From the NCBI GenBank assembly GCA_963739515.1, contig CAVUAO010000003.1, positions 748,170 to 812,169 on the forward strand: a stretch of DNA of 64,000 bases. The letters run 5' to 3'. Position 1 is the first letter of the stretch, and the number at the start of each line of letters is the position of its first letter. Shown piece by piece: positions 36,187 through 47,168 of the stretch. Both the position numbers and the translations under genes were made by a program. The DNA is from an uncultured Chloroflexia bacterium. GTDB taxonomy: Bacteria > Chloroflexota > Dehalococcoidia > Dehalococcoidales > RBG-16-60-22. Under the pieces are notes generated by a model. It searched no databases. It was given only the letters and a program-made list of their open reading frames with translations, and was not told the DNA's origin.

Positions 36187-38130
36187 TTATTTCTCTTTAT
36201 AGACGCCGGCGTAGTCTTTATTACGGGCTTCGTACTCTTTTTTCATGTCGCCCCAGAAAGCCAGCGGTAAATCCCCGGTCTTGACCTTGCCGTTTTCCAG
36301 TTTAATCGTCAGGAACTTGCGCCACTCCGGCGGGTCGAGGGTGGGGTAATCTATCCGGCGGAAATTCAGCGGCACGCTGCTGGCTTTCCGCGCCAGCATC
36401 GCCTGGATAATGATCTGGGCGTAGGTTAACAGGCTCGTGTCTTCCAGGCTGCGCATGAGCTTATGCGGGTCCAGCGCGAATAGCTGGGGCACCGATTCCT
36501 TTTCGATTTTACTGAGTGTACCAAGACCCATGTTAAGCAGCGATTCGGTCTTGAACTCGCTGACATAATATTGCATTGCCCGGGCGATGCCGGCGTGCAG
36601 CTCTTTCCACTCCATGCCGTCAGTCCGCTTGACCGGGGCATAGACGCGGGCTTTCTCACGGTCGATTTGTTCGCGGGAGACTTTAGACGGGCCGACCTGC
36701 CGGGCATACGCCGCCGCTTTACGGCCGGCATACCTGCCCGTGGACGCGGCATGGCTATGGTCTTCCGGACAGAACATCTGCATCCCGGCGGCATACAGTC
36801 CGTCGAGGGTGGTCTTCAGGTCCCAATCGACCACCACGCCGCCGCTGGCCTCGCCCCACTGCGGCAGGCTGTTTCCCTCAATGAACTTATAGCTCTGGAG
36901 CAGGTCGCGGCTTTCATCGTAACCGGCTTTATTTAAAGTATCCATGATGATTTTCGTCGTGGACTCTTCTCCGAGCATCAGTTTCCAGGTCGCCCTTCTT
37001 TCGACATCGGGCATTCCCGGGAAATCGCCATAGAAAGGCAGCGCATATTCGCCGCTGAGGATACCCTTGCGGATAGCCTCCTCGACCTGGGGCGAGGGCA
37101 CCATGGCACCGGCGTCTTCCCAGCCCTGTATCGGGTAGGGCAACCTCTTACCGTTGGCATCGACGAGGGGGACGTTTTCGTAGCTGGCGTCGCCCGCCCC
37201 GGAATACCACTTGTGCTTGAGTCCGGTGGCGATGCGCAGGACGCCGGTGCTTTCCATCATGGTCAGCGCCGCCCCGGCTCGCCAGGCCATCACCGAACCG
37301 TCGCCGGTAGTGGTGCGGGACATCATATTGGAATAGCCGCCCAGCTCCATGCTCATCAGCCATATCGACCCGGCCCCGGCGGTGGCAATAATGGCGGCTT
37401 TAGATTTAAAGATTATGAACTCGCCGGTGCGGTTGTTCACGCCGGTAGCCCCGACGACCCGCCCACCCTGGACTCCGTTCTCGGTCAGGAGACTGGTACC
37501 CATCACGCGGTCGAAGATTTTGACCCCCAGGCGCTTGCATTCCTTTTTCAGAGCGGGCTTAAAGGTGCTCCCCCAGACCCTTATCACCACGTTGTTCAGT
37601 TTGCCTTCCGGATTGCTTTTAAAAAAGACCGGCTTCATCATGTTGGGGACATAGCTGTGCACTTTGGTATAGCGCGGGGATATCATGAACTTGGTCTTAT
37701 CATCCCGGCCCTCGGCGCCGATATATTCGTCTTTGGTGTCCCTGATTTTGCCGCCCATCTGCTCCATTTCGAGCAGGGTATCGTAATCCTCCCGGCACTG
37801 TATCTGGAGGCCGATGCCGTTGCAGTAGGGGCGGTCGGCCATGTGCTGCGCCCACTCGTCTGGAGATACGTTGGATAGAGGATTAGCGGGGACATCGCAC
37901 CAGTGGTCGCACCCCGGACCTCCGGCGCCGCTCCTGACGGTATCGCCCTTTTCCACGAGCGCCACGCTTAAGCCCTGCCTGGCGGCGTTGATCGCCGCCC
38001 AGCATCCTGCTATACCGCCGCCAATCACCAGGACATCCACATCGATTTCCTGCTCCCGGTCGTAGCGTACGGGATACGGCCAGTCCGGCGCATGGCCCTC
38101 TTCTTTCAGGTAATCATGCCAGGTGCTCAT
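36187..38130 (-). CDS. FAD-dependent oxidoreductase, fumarate-reductase/AprA-like flavoprotein
   Basis: 647 aa with the dinucleotide fold VLVIGGGIAGCWAAINAA. Length and C-terminal capping region are AprA-like. No sat/qmo/dsr genes nearby, so not called APS reductase. Confidence 0.7.
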   Translation of the reverse strand: MSTWHDYLKEEGHAPDWPYPVRYDREQEIDVDVLVIGGGIAGCWAAINAARQGLSVALVEKGDTVRSGAGGPGCDHWCDVPANPLSNVSPDEWAQHMADRPYCNGIGLQIQCREDYDTLLEMEQMGGKIRDTKDEYIGAEGRDDKTKFMISPRYTKVHSYVPNMMKPVFFKSNPEGKLNNVVIRVWGSTFKPALKKECKRLGVKIFDRVMGTSLLTENGVQGGRVVGATGVNNRTGEFIIFKSKAAIIATAGAGSIWLMSMELGGYSNMMSRTTTGDGSVMAWRAGAALTMMESTGVLRIATGLKHKWYSGAGDASYENVPLVDANGKRLPYPIQGWEDAGAMVPSPQVEEAIRKGILSGEYALPFYGDFPGMPDVERRATWKLMLGEESTTKIIMDTLNKAGYDESRDLLQSYKFIEGNSLPQWGEASGGVVVDWDLKTTLDGLYAAGMQMFCPEDHSHAASTGRYAGRKAAAYARQVGPSKVSREQIDREKARVYAPVKRTDGMEWKELHAGIARAMQYYVSEFKTESLLNMGLGTLSKIEKESVPQLFALDPHKLMRSLEDTSLLTYAQIIIQAMLARKASSVPLNFRRIDYPTLDPPEWRKFLTIKLENGKVKTGDLPLAFWGDMKKEYEARNKDYAGVYKEK

Positions 38131-38261
38131 ATTTGATTCTCCTTTCTAGTATTTTTTATAGCAAAGATATTTCTATCCGGACAGACAATTCTAACCATAT
38201 ACCCGATGGAATTGGAAGCACCATCTTTGGTATATATATTAATACCATTCAGGTTTTTTAG

Positions 38262-39158
38262 CTAGAGTAAACCTCTGAGTCTGGGGTCGAGCGCGTCCCT
38301 CAGCCCGTCGCCCACCATGTTAAAAGCAAAAACTACGAGCATGATGGCCAAGCCGGGTGCAAAGGATAATATGGGGTTATTTATTAAATACTGATATCCT
38401 TCATTCACCATGGCGCCCCAAGCCGCGCCGGGGGGTTTAATGCCGATACCCAGGAAACTTAACCCGGCTTCCGCCAGGATGAGGCCGCCAAGCTGCATGG
38501 TGACGATGACGATCAGGGGAGGAAAGGCGTTCGGCAGGATATGGGCAAACATGGTGCGCGAGCTACCTGAACCCAGAGACTTTTGTGCTAGAATATAATC
38601 ATTTTCCTTGATACTTAACGTCAGCCCATAAGCCACACGGGCATAAAGGGGTATCGAGGAAATACTCAAGGCGATGATTACGTTAACGATACCGTTGCCC
38701 AGCAGCGCCGCGATAACCAGGGAAAGGATTAACATCGGGAAACACATCATCGCATCCATAGCTCTCATGATGATGGCACTAACAATTCCCCTGGAAAACC
38801 CTGCCACGATTCCAAAAGTAATACCGATCGCAGAACCTATGGCTACAGCAATAAAACCTACCATCAATGCCGTCCTGGAACCGTAAATCAAACGGCTTAG
38901 TGTATCCCTGCCCAATAAATCAGCTCCAAGCCAGTGCTGGGCACTGGGTTTCGCCAAAGACGGCGCCACACCGGGAATGTAAGGATTGTAAGGGGCGATA
39001 TAGGGAGCGAAGATAGCTACCGTGAACAGCACCAATAATATTATGAGTCCTGCTATTACCGCGCCGCGGGCGAAAAACACCCGCCGGAACCGCTTCCATT
39101 CGCTGGCTCGGCCTTTGCTTTCAGAGAATTCCATAGTTTGAGAGTTTTCTTCTGCCAT
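38262..39158 (-). CDS. ABC transporter permease (peptide/nickel Dpp/Opp C-type)
   Basis: 298 aa with 6 TM helices and an EAA-like loop (AQKSLGSGSSRTMFAHILPNA). Confidence 0.9.
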   Translation of the reverse strand: MAEENSQTMEFSESKGRASEWKRFRRVFFARGAVIAGLIILLVLFTVAIFAPYIAPYNPYIPGVAPSLAKPSAQHWLGADLLGRDTLSRLIYGSRTALMVGFIAVAIGSAIGITFGIVAGFSRGIVSAIIMRAMDAMMCFPMLILSLVIAALLGNGIVNVIIALSISSIPLYARVAYGLTLSIKENDYILAQKSLGSGSSRTMFAHILPNAFPPLIVIVTMQLGGLILAEAGLSFLGIGIKPPGAAWGAMVNEGYQYLINNPILSFAPGLAIMLVVFAFNMVGDGLRDALDPRLRGLL

Positions 39159-39166
39159 AGCTCTAC

Positions 39167-40126
39167 CTATCCATATCTAATTCTGGGGTCGAGCCAAGCG
39201 TAGGATAAATCTACCAATAGATTCATTAATAAAATTGCGACGGAAATAACGAAAGTAATCGCCTGAACAACGACATAGTCCTGGCCGAAAATACTGCTAA
39301 CCATCAAACGGCCGACGCCCGGGATAGCAAATACGGTCTCGACAAGAACCGACCCGCCAAGTATTCCGCCAATCCCCATCCCCACCAGGGTAATGACAGG
39401 TATCAGACTGTTCTTTAAAGCGTGTTTCAGCACGACGACACGTTCGCTCAACCCTTTAGCCCAGGCTGTCCTGATATAATCCTGACCGATGGTCTCCAGC
39501 ATGCTGGAACGCATTTGCCGCGCATTGGCCGCAATAGCAAAGAGCGCGGAACAGATGACCGGCATAACGAGCTGGCGGGTACTGAGCCAGAAATCTTTGA
39601 ACGGTGAAGTATAACCGGAGATGGGCAGCCAGTGTAATTTAAGGCCGAATAAATATATCATCAAGATGCCCAGCCAGAATACCGGAATGGTGATACCGAC
39701 ATAAGTAAGCGGAGTAATTACCTTATCCGGCCATTTACTTCTTCTTACGCCGGCCCAGATACCAATAAGAATACCGGCTAATGCTCCGAAAACAAGAGCC
39801 AGAGCCCCGATATATATAGTTTTGGGCAAGCGCTCCGCTAAAAGCGTGCTTACTCTTTCATGGTAATAAATAGAGGTCCCGAAATTACCCCGGAAGATAC
39901 CGCCAATCCAATGAAAATACTGAGCCGCAAGATTTTCATCCAGGCCGAACTCATGCCGGAGTGCTTCAACCTGTTCCGGCGGCATAGCCTGAACCCCAGA
40001 TTGCTGACCGACATAAATCAATAAAGGGTCTCCGGGTAGCAACCGCATCAGGAAGAAGACGATTAATGTAACTATGACGAGTACTATAAGTGCCTGAAAT
40101 ATTCTACGTATGATGTAGGTTGTCAC
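39167..40126 (-). CDS. ABC transporter permease (peptide/nickel Dpp/Opp B-type)
   Basis: 319 aa. Has an MTTYIIRRIFQALIVL start and the loop YIRTAWAKGLSERVVVLKHALKNS. Confidence 0.9.
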   Translation of the reverse strand: MTTYIIRRIFQALIVLVIVTLIVFFLMRLLPGDPLLIYVGQQSGVQAMPPEQVEALRHEFGLDENLAAQYFHWIGGIFRGNFGTSIYYHERVSTLLAERLPKTIYIGALALVFGALAGILIGIWAGVRRSKWPDKVITPLTYVGITIPVFWLGILMIYLFGLKLHWLPISGYTSPFKDFWLSTRQLVMPVICSALFAIAANARQMRSSMLETIGQDYIRTAWAKGLSERVVVLKHALKNSLIPVITLVGMGIGGILGGSVLVETVFAIPGVGRLMVSSIFGQDYVVVQAITFVISVAILLMNLLVDLSYAWLDPRIRYG

Positions 40127-40282
40127 TTTTTATACCTTGGTGTTAGGCTGATAAAGTATATTCCTTATCTAGCTGTAATGCCAGCAACGCGGTAGACAGT
40201 TATTAGTATGGCCGACTGGCCCTCCGGCGGCTTTGCCATTCCAGCAGGCCAGTCGGCCCAGGTTAACCCTGATATCTAGGTA

Positions 40283-41896
40283 TTAGTGTGCTTCCATCCA
40301 GTCATCAGCCGAACTCCAGATAATGCCGTGTATCTTAGGATAGTCGGTATGGACATAAGGATACACAATGGTAGCTTCATAGCTCCTCCAGAGCGGGATG
40401 AACAAGCAGTCTTCACCAGCCTGTTGGATGGCTGCCTTTATCTTGGGCATGGCTTCCGCAGAACTAGTGTATTTGGGGTCTATTGCTTCATTGCATAACT
40501 TTACAAAGGCGTCGGATTTCCAGATGTTGGGGGTGGCAAACGTCATCGGGTTCGGGCCATAATGAACGAATAGGTCCGAAGCGTCCGGGTTGATGCCGGA
40601 AGCCGTATAACAAAGGCCCTCCCAGCCGCCTTTAGCACCACCGAATAGCGCGCCAAAGTAACGGCCCAGATCGGCGATGTCAGGCTCTACAGTAATGCCC
40701 GCCAGGCCGAGGTCGTACACAAACAGAGCCATTACATCGTTGGTATTTCCACCGGATGCTCCCAGAATCTTAATCGTGAAGCCATTGGGAAGTCCGGCCT
40801 CTTTCAGAAGGTCTTTTGCTTTCTGGGTGTTAAATGGCCGCGGGTTATAACCCGGGACATATCCCGGCCAGGTGTTGGAAGCCATCTGTGTTAACGGCTC
40901 AAAGAGGCCCTGCCCTATTGTCTGGGCTATCGTCGGCCGGTCAATCGCATACTCAATTGCCTCACGTACTTTTATATTGTTAAGCGGGCTGTTTGGATCG
41001 ACATCGCTAAAAAGCATTACGTTGAACATGCCGGGGCCCTGTACGAGTTTGAAACCCTTTGCCTGAAGTGCCAGGATATTAGTCATAGAAGAGGTATCCA
41101 TCCACTCATCTGCTTCGCCGGCCTGTAATGAAGCGGAGGCGACCGTCGGGTCGGTAATCGCGCGCATGATGATTTTATCAAGGTACGGCTTGCCCGGCTG
41201 CCAGTAGTTGGGGTTCTTCACAAAGGTGATATGGTCGTCTCTGACCCATTCACTGACGGTGAAAGGACCGGTCCCGACGGCGTTAGCGCGCGCCCATTCT
41301 TTACTCTTATCATTATTGCTGCCTGACGGAATCGTGCCGCCGGCAGTCAAATAAGATGTCGGGGAAATACACTGCGTTAATCCTAAGTTTTGTACCGTCT
41401 GCCAGTCAAATGACTTCATATGCATAATGAGAGTATTGTCGTCTTTGACTTCGAGCGAATCAATAAGATTGGTGCCGGTCCCACTCCTATTGTCTATCGC
41501 CAGTTGTACGTTCCAGCGGACTGCCTCGGCGTTGAACGGTGTGTTGTCCGTAAATTTTACGCCCTTCCGTAAGTGCCAGGTTATAGTTTTAGCAGTCTGG
41601 GAAGTTTCCCATGATGTAGCCAGAACGGGAACCAGGGTCCCGCCATTTGGGCCCCATTCGCAAAGGTGCTCGAGAACCGGAAGCATCAGGAAGGAATCGG
41701 AGGGGGCTTTTTCCGGCCCATAGCCGAGGTCTTTAGGGATGGCGCCGGCAATGATTCTTAATGTGCCGCCTTGCACCGGCTTGCCGGCGGTAGGTGTAGC
41801 CGACGCTCCGGGTGTCGTCGTTGTCTTACCGCAGCCTGACAGGATTAGAGTTCCGATTAATGTTAGCGCCAGTAAGAAAAATAAAAGCTTCTTCAT
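40283..41896 (-). CDS. ABC transporter substrate-binding lipoprotein, family 5 (peptide/nickel type)
   Basis: 537 aa. Has a lipobox LILSGC and an SBP_bac_5-like pattern. Confidence 0.9.
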   Translation of the reverse strand: MKKLLFFLLALTLIGTLILSGCGKTTTTPGASATPTAGKPVQGGTLRIIAGAIPKDLGYGPEKAPSDSFLMLPVLEHLCEWGPNGGTLVPVLATSWETSQTAKTITWHLRKGVKFTDNTPFNAEAVRWNVQLAIDNRSGTGTNLIDSLEVKDDNTLIMHMKSFDWQTVQNLGLTQCISPTSYLTAGGTIPSGSNNDKSKEWARANAVGTGPFTVSEWVRDDHITFVKNPNYWQPGKPYLDKIIMRAITDPTVASASLQAGEADEWMDTSSMTNILALQAKGFKLVQGPGMFNVMLFSDVDPNSPLNNIKVREAIEYAIDRPTIAQTIGQGLFEPLTQMASNTWPGYVPGYNPRPFNTQKAKDLLKEAGLPNGFTIKILGASGGNTNDVMALFVYDLGLAGITVEPDIADLGRYFGALFGGAKGGWEGLCYTASGINPDASDLFVHYGPNPMTFATPNIWKSDAFVKLCNEAIDPKYTSSAEAMPKIKAAIQQAGEDCLFIPLWRSYEATIVYPYVHTDYPKIHGIIWSSADDWMEAH

Positions 41897-41954
41897 TTCT
41901 CTTAAATATCTCCTTTAATTTTTTTATATGACCAACGAGGAATGGTCTGCTCAT

Positions 41955-42785
41955 TCAGACATGCACCACCTCCTTTTGATTAAAGGCCCCGGCGATAATG
42001 CGGGAAATATGCCCGGCGCTGGCCTTCAACTCTTCGATAACCTCATTGACTCTCGGCCTGAGACGGCTTTCCACGCCGACGACGTGTAAACTGGCCGGGC
42101 AGAGGTAATTTTTCACGGGAGCGGATATGCAGACGGCCCCGGGAATCCTCTCCCCGTAGGTAACGCAATATCCCACTCTCCGGATTTCCATCAGCTGCTC
42201 TAACAACAATTCCTTATCGGTGACGGTGTTCTCGGTGACACGGCGGATTTCCAGGTGTTTCAAAACCGTTTTTAATTCCCGGTCGTCCAGCTGGGAGAGC
42301 ATTACCTTGGCCGTGGCGCCGGCGTATAAAGTCCCCAGTCTCTTGCCCTCGGCGGTAATTCTCAGGTCGTGTTTGCTGGGGATTTCATATAAAAGCATGT
42401 AGTGCAGCTGCATCATGATACTCAGGCTTATCGTCTCCTCGGTAATGTCGGACAGGCGCATCATTTCGCGCAGGGCCAGCATAATGAGATACCGGTGGGC
42501 GATGGTCTCGTTCGAGGAAAGCTGCGTCACCAGGGGGCCGAGATAATATTTATGGCTGTTTTCGTCCTGGGTTGCCCAGTTGAGTTCTTTCAGAGACTGG
42601 AGCAGGCGGTGCACGGTCGAGGTGCTGTAATTACTATAGCTGGCGATATCGGTGATGGTATTGATATCGTTGCTCAGGCAGGACATGATGACGGTGGCGC
42701 GGTTAAGGGACGTGGAGATAGTTGTTGATTTAACCGGTGGTATGTTATATTTCCGTATATCGGAATTATTTTCTCGTTGTAACAT
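41955..42785 (-). CDS. IclR-family transcriptional regulator
   Basis: 276 aa with an N-terminal wHTH (ITDIASYSNYSTSTVHRLLQSLKELNW) and an IclR effector domain. Confidence 0.85.
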   Translation of the reverse strand: MLQRENNSDIRKYNIPPVKSTTISTSLNRATVIMSCLSNDINTITDIASYSNYSTSTVHRLLQSLKELNWATQDENSHKYYLGPLVTQLSSNETIAHRYLIMLALREMMRLSDITEETISLSIMMQLHYMLLYEIPSKHDLRITAEGKRLGTLYAGATAKVMLSQLDDRELKTVLKHLEIRRVTENTVTDKELLLEQLMEIRRVGYCVTYGERIPGAVCISAPVKNYLCPASLHVVGVESRLRPRVNEVIEELKASAGHISRIIAGAFNQKEVVHV

Positions 42786-42893
42786 CGCCCCATTATATCA
42801 CGGCGCGTCAAGATATGATAATCGAGAAAAAACAGCTTCAATTTTAGATTTTTAAAACGGTGGGAAGCATAAAAAATATTATTCTGGAGTTGA

Positions 42894-44231
42894 ATGAGAA
42901 TGGCAAAGAAATGGCAGGAATTAACACCGGGCGAAAAACGCGAGGAAAGGTTTAAACGCTGGCTTGCACCGGACGGCGTCAAGTTCTCCGGCGCCAAGGC
43001 CCAGGAAGGGTATCAAAAGAGGGTCACCAGGTTCATCAAGGTCCTCAAACTGGAAGAGCCCGACCGCGTGCCGGTGATCCTGCCGGCGGGCACTTTCCCG
43101 CTTTATTACGCCGGTCTGACGCTGAAAGAGGCCATGTACGATAACGCCAGGCTGCTTAAAGCCTACCGCAAGTTCTTTAACGACTTCGAGTCGGACACTT
43201 TTTCCGGTTCCGGCATGGTGCCCCCGGGAAAGGTGATGGAAATTATCGGCAGCGTCACTTCAAGATGGCCGGGACACGGCCTGCCCGACGATGCCAGCAT
43301 GATGAATTTCGTCGAGGGGGAGTATATGAAGGCGGACGAGTACGATTTGTTGCTCAATGACATGTCTGACTATATTCTCCGCTATTACTTACCGCGTTCG
43401 CTGGGAGCACTGGCGCCTCTGGCGAAGTTCACGCCTTTACCCCATATCCTGGGCATGCCCAATCGTTTCATCGCCCCGGCGGTGATGCCGGAAGTGCGGG
43501 CAATGTTCCAATCGATTATCGCTTACGGGGAGGAGACGGAGAGATGGCAGCGGCCGCTTTTAGGGTTCGACCGTGAAGCGCTGGCAGCGGGCTATCCGAT
43601 GTTCTCCGGCGGCCAGTCCCACGCCCCGTTCGATATCCTCGCCGATACCCTGCGGGGGACGAGGGGAATCGTCATGGACATGTACCGCCAGCCGGACAAG
43701 CTCCTGCAAGCCACGGAAATGCTGACGCCGGTAAACATCGAAATCGGCCGGCAAATGGCCGATGCCTCCGGCCGGCCGGTCGTGTTTTTTGCGCTCCACA
43801 AAGGCGATGATACCTTTATGTCCGATAAGCAGTTCGAAAAGTTCTACTGGCCGACGCTCCGGAAGGTAATTTCAGGGCTCATCGAAGAGGGCTGCGTGCC
43901 GATGCTTTTCGCCGAGGGACGGTATGACCACCGCCTGGAAATCATTAAAGACCTGCCCGCGGGCAAAGCGATGTGGCATTTCGACCAGACGGATATGGCC
44001 AGGGCGAAGAAAATCCTCGGCGATAACGCCTGCATCGCCGGGAACGTGCCTTCCTCCCTGCTGTGCACGGGCACGCCTAAGGCGGTTAAAGAGTACTGCC
44101 GCCGGCTCATCGAGGTCTGCGGCCAGGGCGGCGGCTTTATACTGACCGGCGGCGCCAGTATCGATAAGGGCAACCCGGCGAACCTGCGCGCCATGATGGA
44201 AGCCGCCCTGGAGTACGGTGTCTATAAATAG
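42894..44231 (+). CDS. uroporphyrinogen-decarboxylase (URO-D) family protein, function unknown (decarboxylase or methyltransferase-like)
   Basis: 445 aa. Resembles the long-form URO-D family proteins common in anaerobes (my recollection, not searched). ATG 42900 is an alternative start. Confidence 0.65.
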   Translation: MRMAKKWQELTPGEKREERFKRWLAPDGVKFSGAKAQEGYQKRVTRFIKVLKLEEPDRVPVILPAGTFPLYYAGLTLKEAMYDNARLLKAYRKFFNDFESDTFSGSGMVPPGKVMEIIGSVTSRWPGHGLPDDASMMNFVEGEYMKADEYDLLLNDMSDYILRYYLPRSLGALAPLAKFTPLPHILGMPNRFIAPAVMPEVRAMFQSIIAYGEETERWQRPLLGFDREALAAGYPMFSGGQSHAPFDILADTLRGTRGIVMDMYRQPDKLLQATEMLTPVNIEIGRQMADASGRPVVFFALHKGDDTFMSDKQFEKFYWPTLRKVISGLIEEGCVPMLFAEGRYDHRLEIIKDLPAGKAMWHFDQTDMARAKKILGDNACIAGNVPSSLLCTGTPKAVKEYCRRLIEVCGQGGGFILTGGASIDKGNPANLRAMMEAALEYGVYK

Positions 44232-44482
44232 GGCATGAGGATATTTTTAAAGTGATTTGGTGGAGCCGGGGGTACAATAGGCAGAACTTTTTCTATCTCA
44301 TTTAAGCTCAACATTTAGATCATAAGAAGATTCGTTGTACAAAACAAGCTTATGTACCCAACAAAATACTAGATTGTTGAGCGTATCGAGTATTTAAAGA
44401 CATTGAGTTTGAAGTGGAGATATTTTAAGTATGTAGGAGGAGATGCGGATATTTAAACTACCGACCTTTTAAACTCCGTGTA

Positions 44483-44517
44483 GCTAGGAAAAAAGGCGGA
44501 GACCGCGTGCCTCCTTT
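44483..44517 (-). terminator. possible terminator downstream of marR-like gene
   Basis: Minus strand reads aaaaggaggcacgcggtctccgcc followed by tttttt. The stem is imperfect. Confidence 0.35.
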
Positions 44518-44528
44518 TCTTGGGGAAT

Positions 44529-45032
44529 TTAAGGTAAAAACGGCGGTCGGTAGTCCATCCCAAGTAGGTCGCGCGCGGTATCACGCAGCTTCATCAAAGT
44601 AGACTCCAATCGTTTCTTTTCTTCGAATGATAATTTTTCGAATATCAGGTGTATAGAACGTTCAGTGACCTTTTTATGATATAACTCAATACCTTTTTCC
44701 GTTAAAGTAATATATGTCTTGAGGTCGCCCAAGTTTTTGGTCTTTTTAATCAACCCCTTTTTCTCCATACGGTTAACCAGGGTTGATACCGAATTAAACA
44801 CCTTTAATGTCCAGTTTGCCAGTTCTTCAATTGTTACTGGCCTGTTTTCTCTTGAAAGCATCGCCAATATTCTAGCCTGCGGTTGGGTCATATGGAGATG
44901 CTTTAGCTCAAGTTCCACGGTGTTGGTAATGATGCTATCAGCTTGGTCGAGTAGGATATAAAGGTTGATATCCGGGTCATTCTTTTTCGACGTTCTTATG
45001 TTTTCAATATCATTTTGGTTTTTTTTCATCAT
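44529..45032 (-). CDS. MarR-family transcriptional regulator
   Basis: 167 aa. Winged-helix region LTQPQARILAMLSRENRPVTIEELANWTLKVFNSVSTLVNRMEKKGLIKK. Confidence 0.85.
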   Translation of the reverse strand: MMKKNQNDIENIRTSKKNDPDINLYILLDQADSIITNTVELELKHLHMTQPQARILAMLSRENRPVTIEELANWTLKVFNSVSTLVNRMEKKGLIKKTKNLGDLKTYITLTEKGIELYHKKVTERSIHLIFEKLSFEEKKRLESTLMKLRDTARDLLGMDYRPPFLP

Positions 45033-45175
45033 GATGAACCTGCTATTTCAATATTGGTTTCGGTTATTTCCTTTAGCTTAGAATAAATATAACACAGTGT
45101 CAATTTAAGATAAAAAGGAGGAAATTATTGCTAATTATCCTCCCTCTTTTCCAAAATTCAGGATGGCTATAATTG

Positions 45176-46869
45176 TTAAGCGGGTTTAATCTTATACTTA
45201 CCTACCGGGACCGGTTGTGTCGTAAGTTTCATCTTGCCATTATCCTGTTTTATGATTATCCACTTAAGCCAATTCTTATCGTCAGGTGCCGGAAAATCTT
45301 CGCGGAAATGGAACCCCCGACTTTCCTCTCTCATTAAGGCTGCCCTGTATGTTAACTCGGCGCATAAAACCATGCTCTTAACTTCATGGCATTTACTGAG
45401 GTAATGGGGATCCTTTGCCTTTAAACCTGATATTTTCTCCTTTAAATCATCAAGCCTTACCAAAGCTTCATTCAAGCGTTCTTTACTTCGGCGAAGATTA
45501 TACTTCATTGGAGCCATAACATCTTGTAATACCAATATTGCATCCCCCGGTAAGAAATTCTTGCCTTTATGTAGTGGGGCGAAAATATTATCTTTCAAAG
45601 TCTTTATTTCGGTATAACTAATACCACTGAAAGACGAATCTTCAATATCACGGGAAGCTGAAGGGCCAGCCCACCCTGCACTAATAACCGCAAACATGAT
45701 CCCCGATCCGGTGTTATACCGGGAGGTGAAGCCACAGCTCCAGCCACTGCTGAACCTGCATAACTGGTATCGCCAATAGCCCATAATCCCTTAAGGCTGG
45801 TCTTCATTTCATGGTCTACTTTAATACATGAGGTTTCACCATGTAACGGCACGCCTATCTCCCGCCTGACATTCGGCGGAAACCCGTATTTTATTTCTTT
45901 TTCAGCCATGTGCCGTTGCCAGTCATTCAATTTGGGTAAGTCAGTATGCACTACATACGGGGGATTTGAAGGCGGTGGGGCAAAATATATTGGCCCTCTC
46001 CCCTCGGCAACTTCTTTTTCTAAACCAACGGCTAATTCCACAGGCAAAAACACACCCGTTGGGCCTTCACCGGGCAAATATTTCTTAGATAAATTTTCAC
46101 CGAGCGCATTAACAAGGAATTGATGGCCTACCATACCACTATCTGTATCCTGCCATACAGTATGACCGTAGAGATTGCCATATTCGACATTTCTCATCTC
46201 TGCCCCGGCACGATAAGCTGCGGCAATTCCATCGCCGGTACCGGCAATCCAGAACCTTCTCACTTTATAACCGCAACTGCCATTTGCTAATACAGTTGCT
46301 TTAGCTCTAAAGATGTAAAATTTGCCGGTAATAATATCAAAACCGACTGCGCCAATGACTTTATTTGATTTTGTTAATAAATCAACAACATGTATTTTAT
46401 TTAAGAACTTTGTACCCATTTTACGGGCTTTACTCTTGATAGGTAGCATCAAATCAATATCAATATAGGTCGTTGACCACTCAGGAGCCCAGAATGCGGG
46501 AGTGATGATTAGCTGGCCGTCCGGGGTCTTAGCCAGGTTTGAGCCCCACTCATCAAATTCCTCAATTGCTTTATACGAACGCGCGACATATTTAGCAAGT
46601 AACTCCTGGTCGTTTAAATAGAACCCGGATGTACGTACCTGAAAGTCCATAAACTTGTCCGGGTTATTCCCAGGCCCCAGAAATGCCAGAATCCCGCCGA
46701 TTTTGGTTGCTTTGCCCGCCCAGCCAGCGGTCTGTTTTTCAACGACTAAAACATCAGCGTCTGGGTTTTTTTCTTTTGCTTTCACGGCTGTGACCAGACC
46801 GCCGATACCGCCGCCGATAATCAATACATCGGAAGAAATCACTTCACCTAAATCTTCTGTATTAGCCAT
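45176..46869 (-). pseudogene. FAD-dependent oxidoreductase (fumarate-reductase/AprA-like flavoprotein) with one frameshift
   Basis: ORFs 45604..46869 (VLIIGGGIGGLVTAVKA) and 45176..45784 (LMREESRGFHFREDFP). The frames join as ...ASPPGITPGSGIMFAVISAGW... if one nt is added near 45706-45712. Confidence 0.75.
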
Positions 46870-46918
46870 ATTAGGACCTCCTTCATTCCGGTTAGCTCCT
46901 GACTTTAATACAAAATAA

Positions 46919-47158
46919 TTAGTATGATGAGCGTAAGGGCGCAGGGATATTGGGAATTACTTCAATGCATTGAGCTGTGCATCCAGCTTCACAGGCCAGG
47001 CACCAGACACAGTCTTCAGGGTAGGCAACAACCGGTTTCTTATCGGCATCATTCCAGCGGATGACGTCTGCAAAGCAGGCATTCATACACGTTTTACAAC
47101 CTTTGCAGTTATTAAAATCAATCTTTATCTCTTTTACCCATGTTTTAGGTATATTCAT
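46919..47158 (-). CDS. 4Fe-4S ferredoxin-type small subunit
   Basis: 79 aa. CKGCKTCMNAC and CVWCLACEAGC clusters. AGAGGTG SD present. Confidence 0.8.
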   Translation of the reverse strand: MNIPKTWVKEIKIDFNNCKGCKTCMNACFADVIRWNDADKKPVVAYPEDCVWCLACEAGCTAQCIEVIPNIPAPLRSSY

Positions 47159-47168
47159 TATTCACCTC

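Noticed and set aside
36187-38130. Calling the flavoprotein/ferredoxin pairs (36187-38130 with 35860-36153, and 45176-46869 with 46919-47158) dissimilatory adenylylsulfate reductase AprAB.
   Set aside because: No sat, qmo or dsr genes are in the window. The small subunits (97 and 79 aa) are shorter than AprB as I recall it, and the context is catabolic. I kept them as AprA-like FAD oxidoreductases of unknown substrate.
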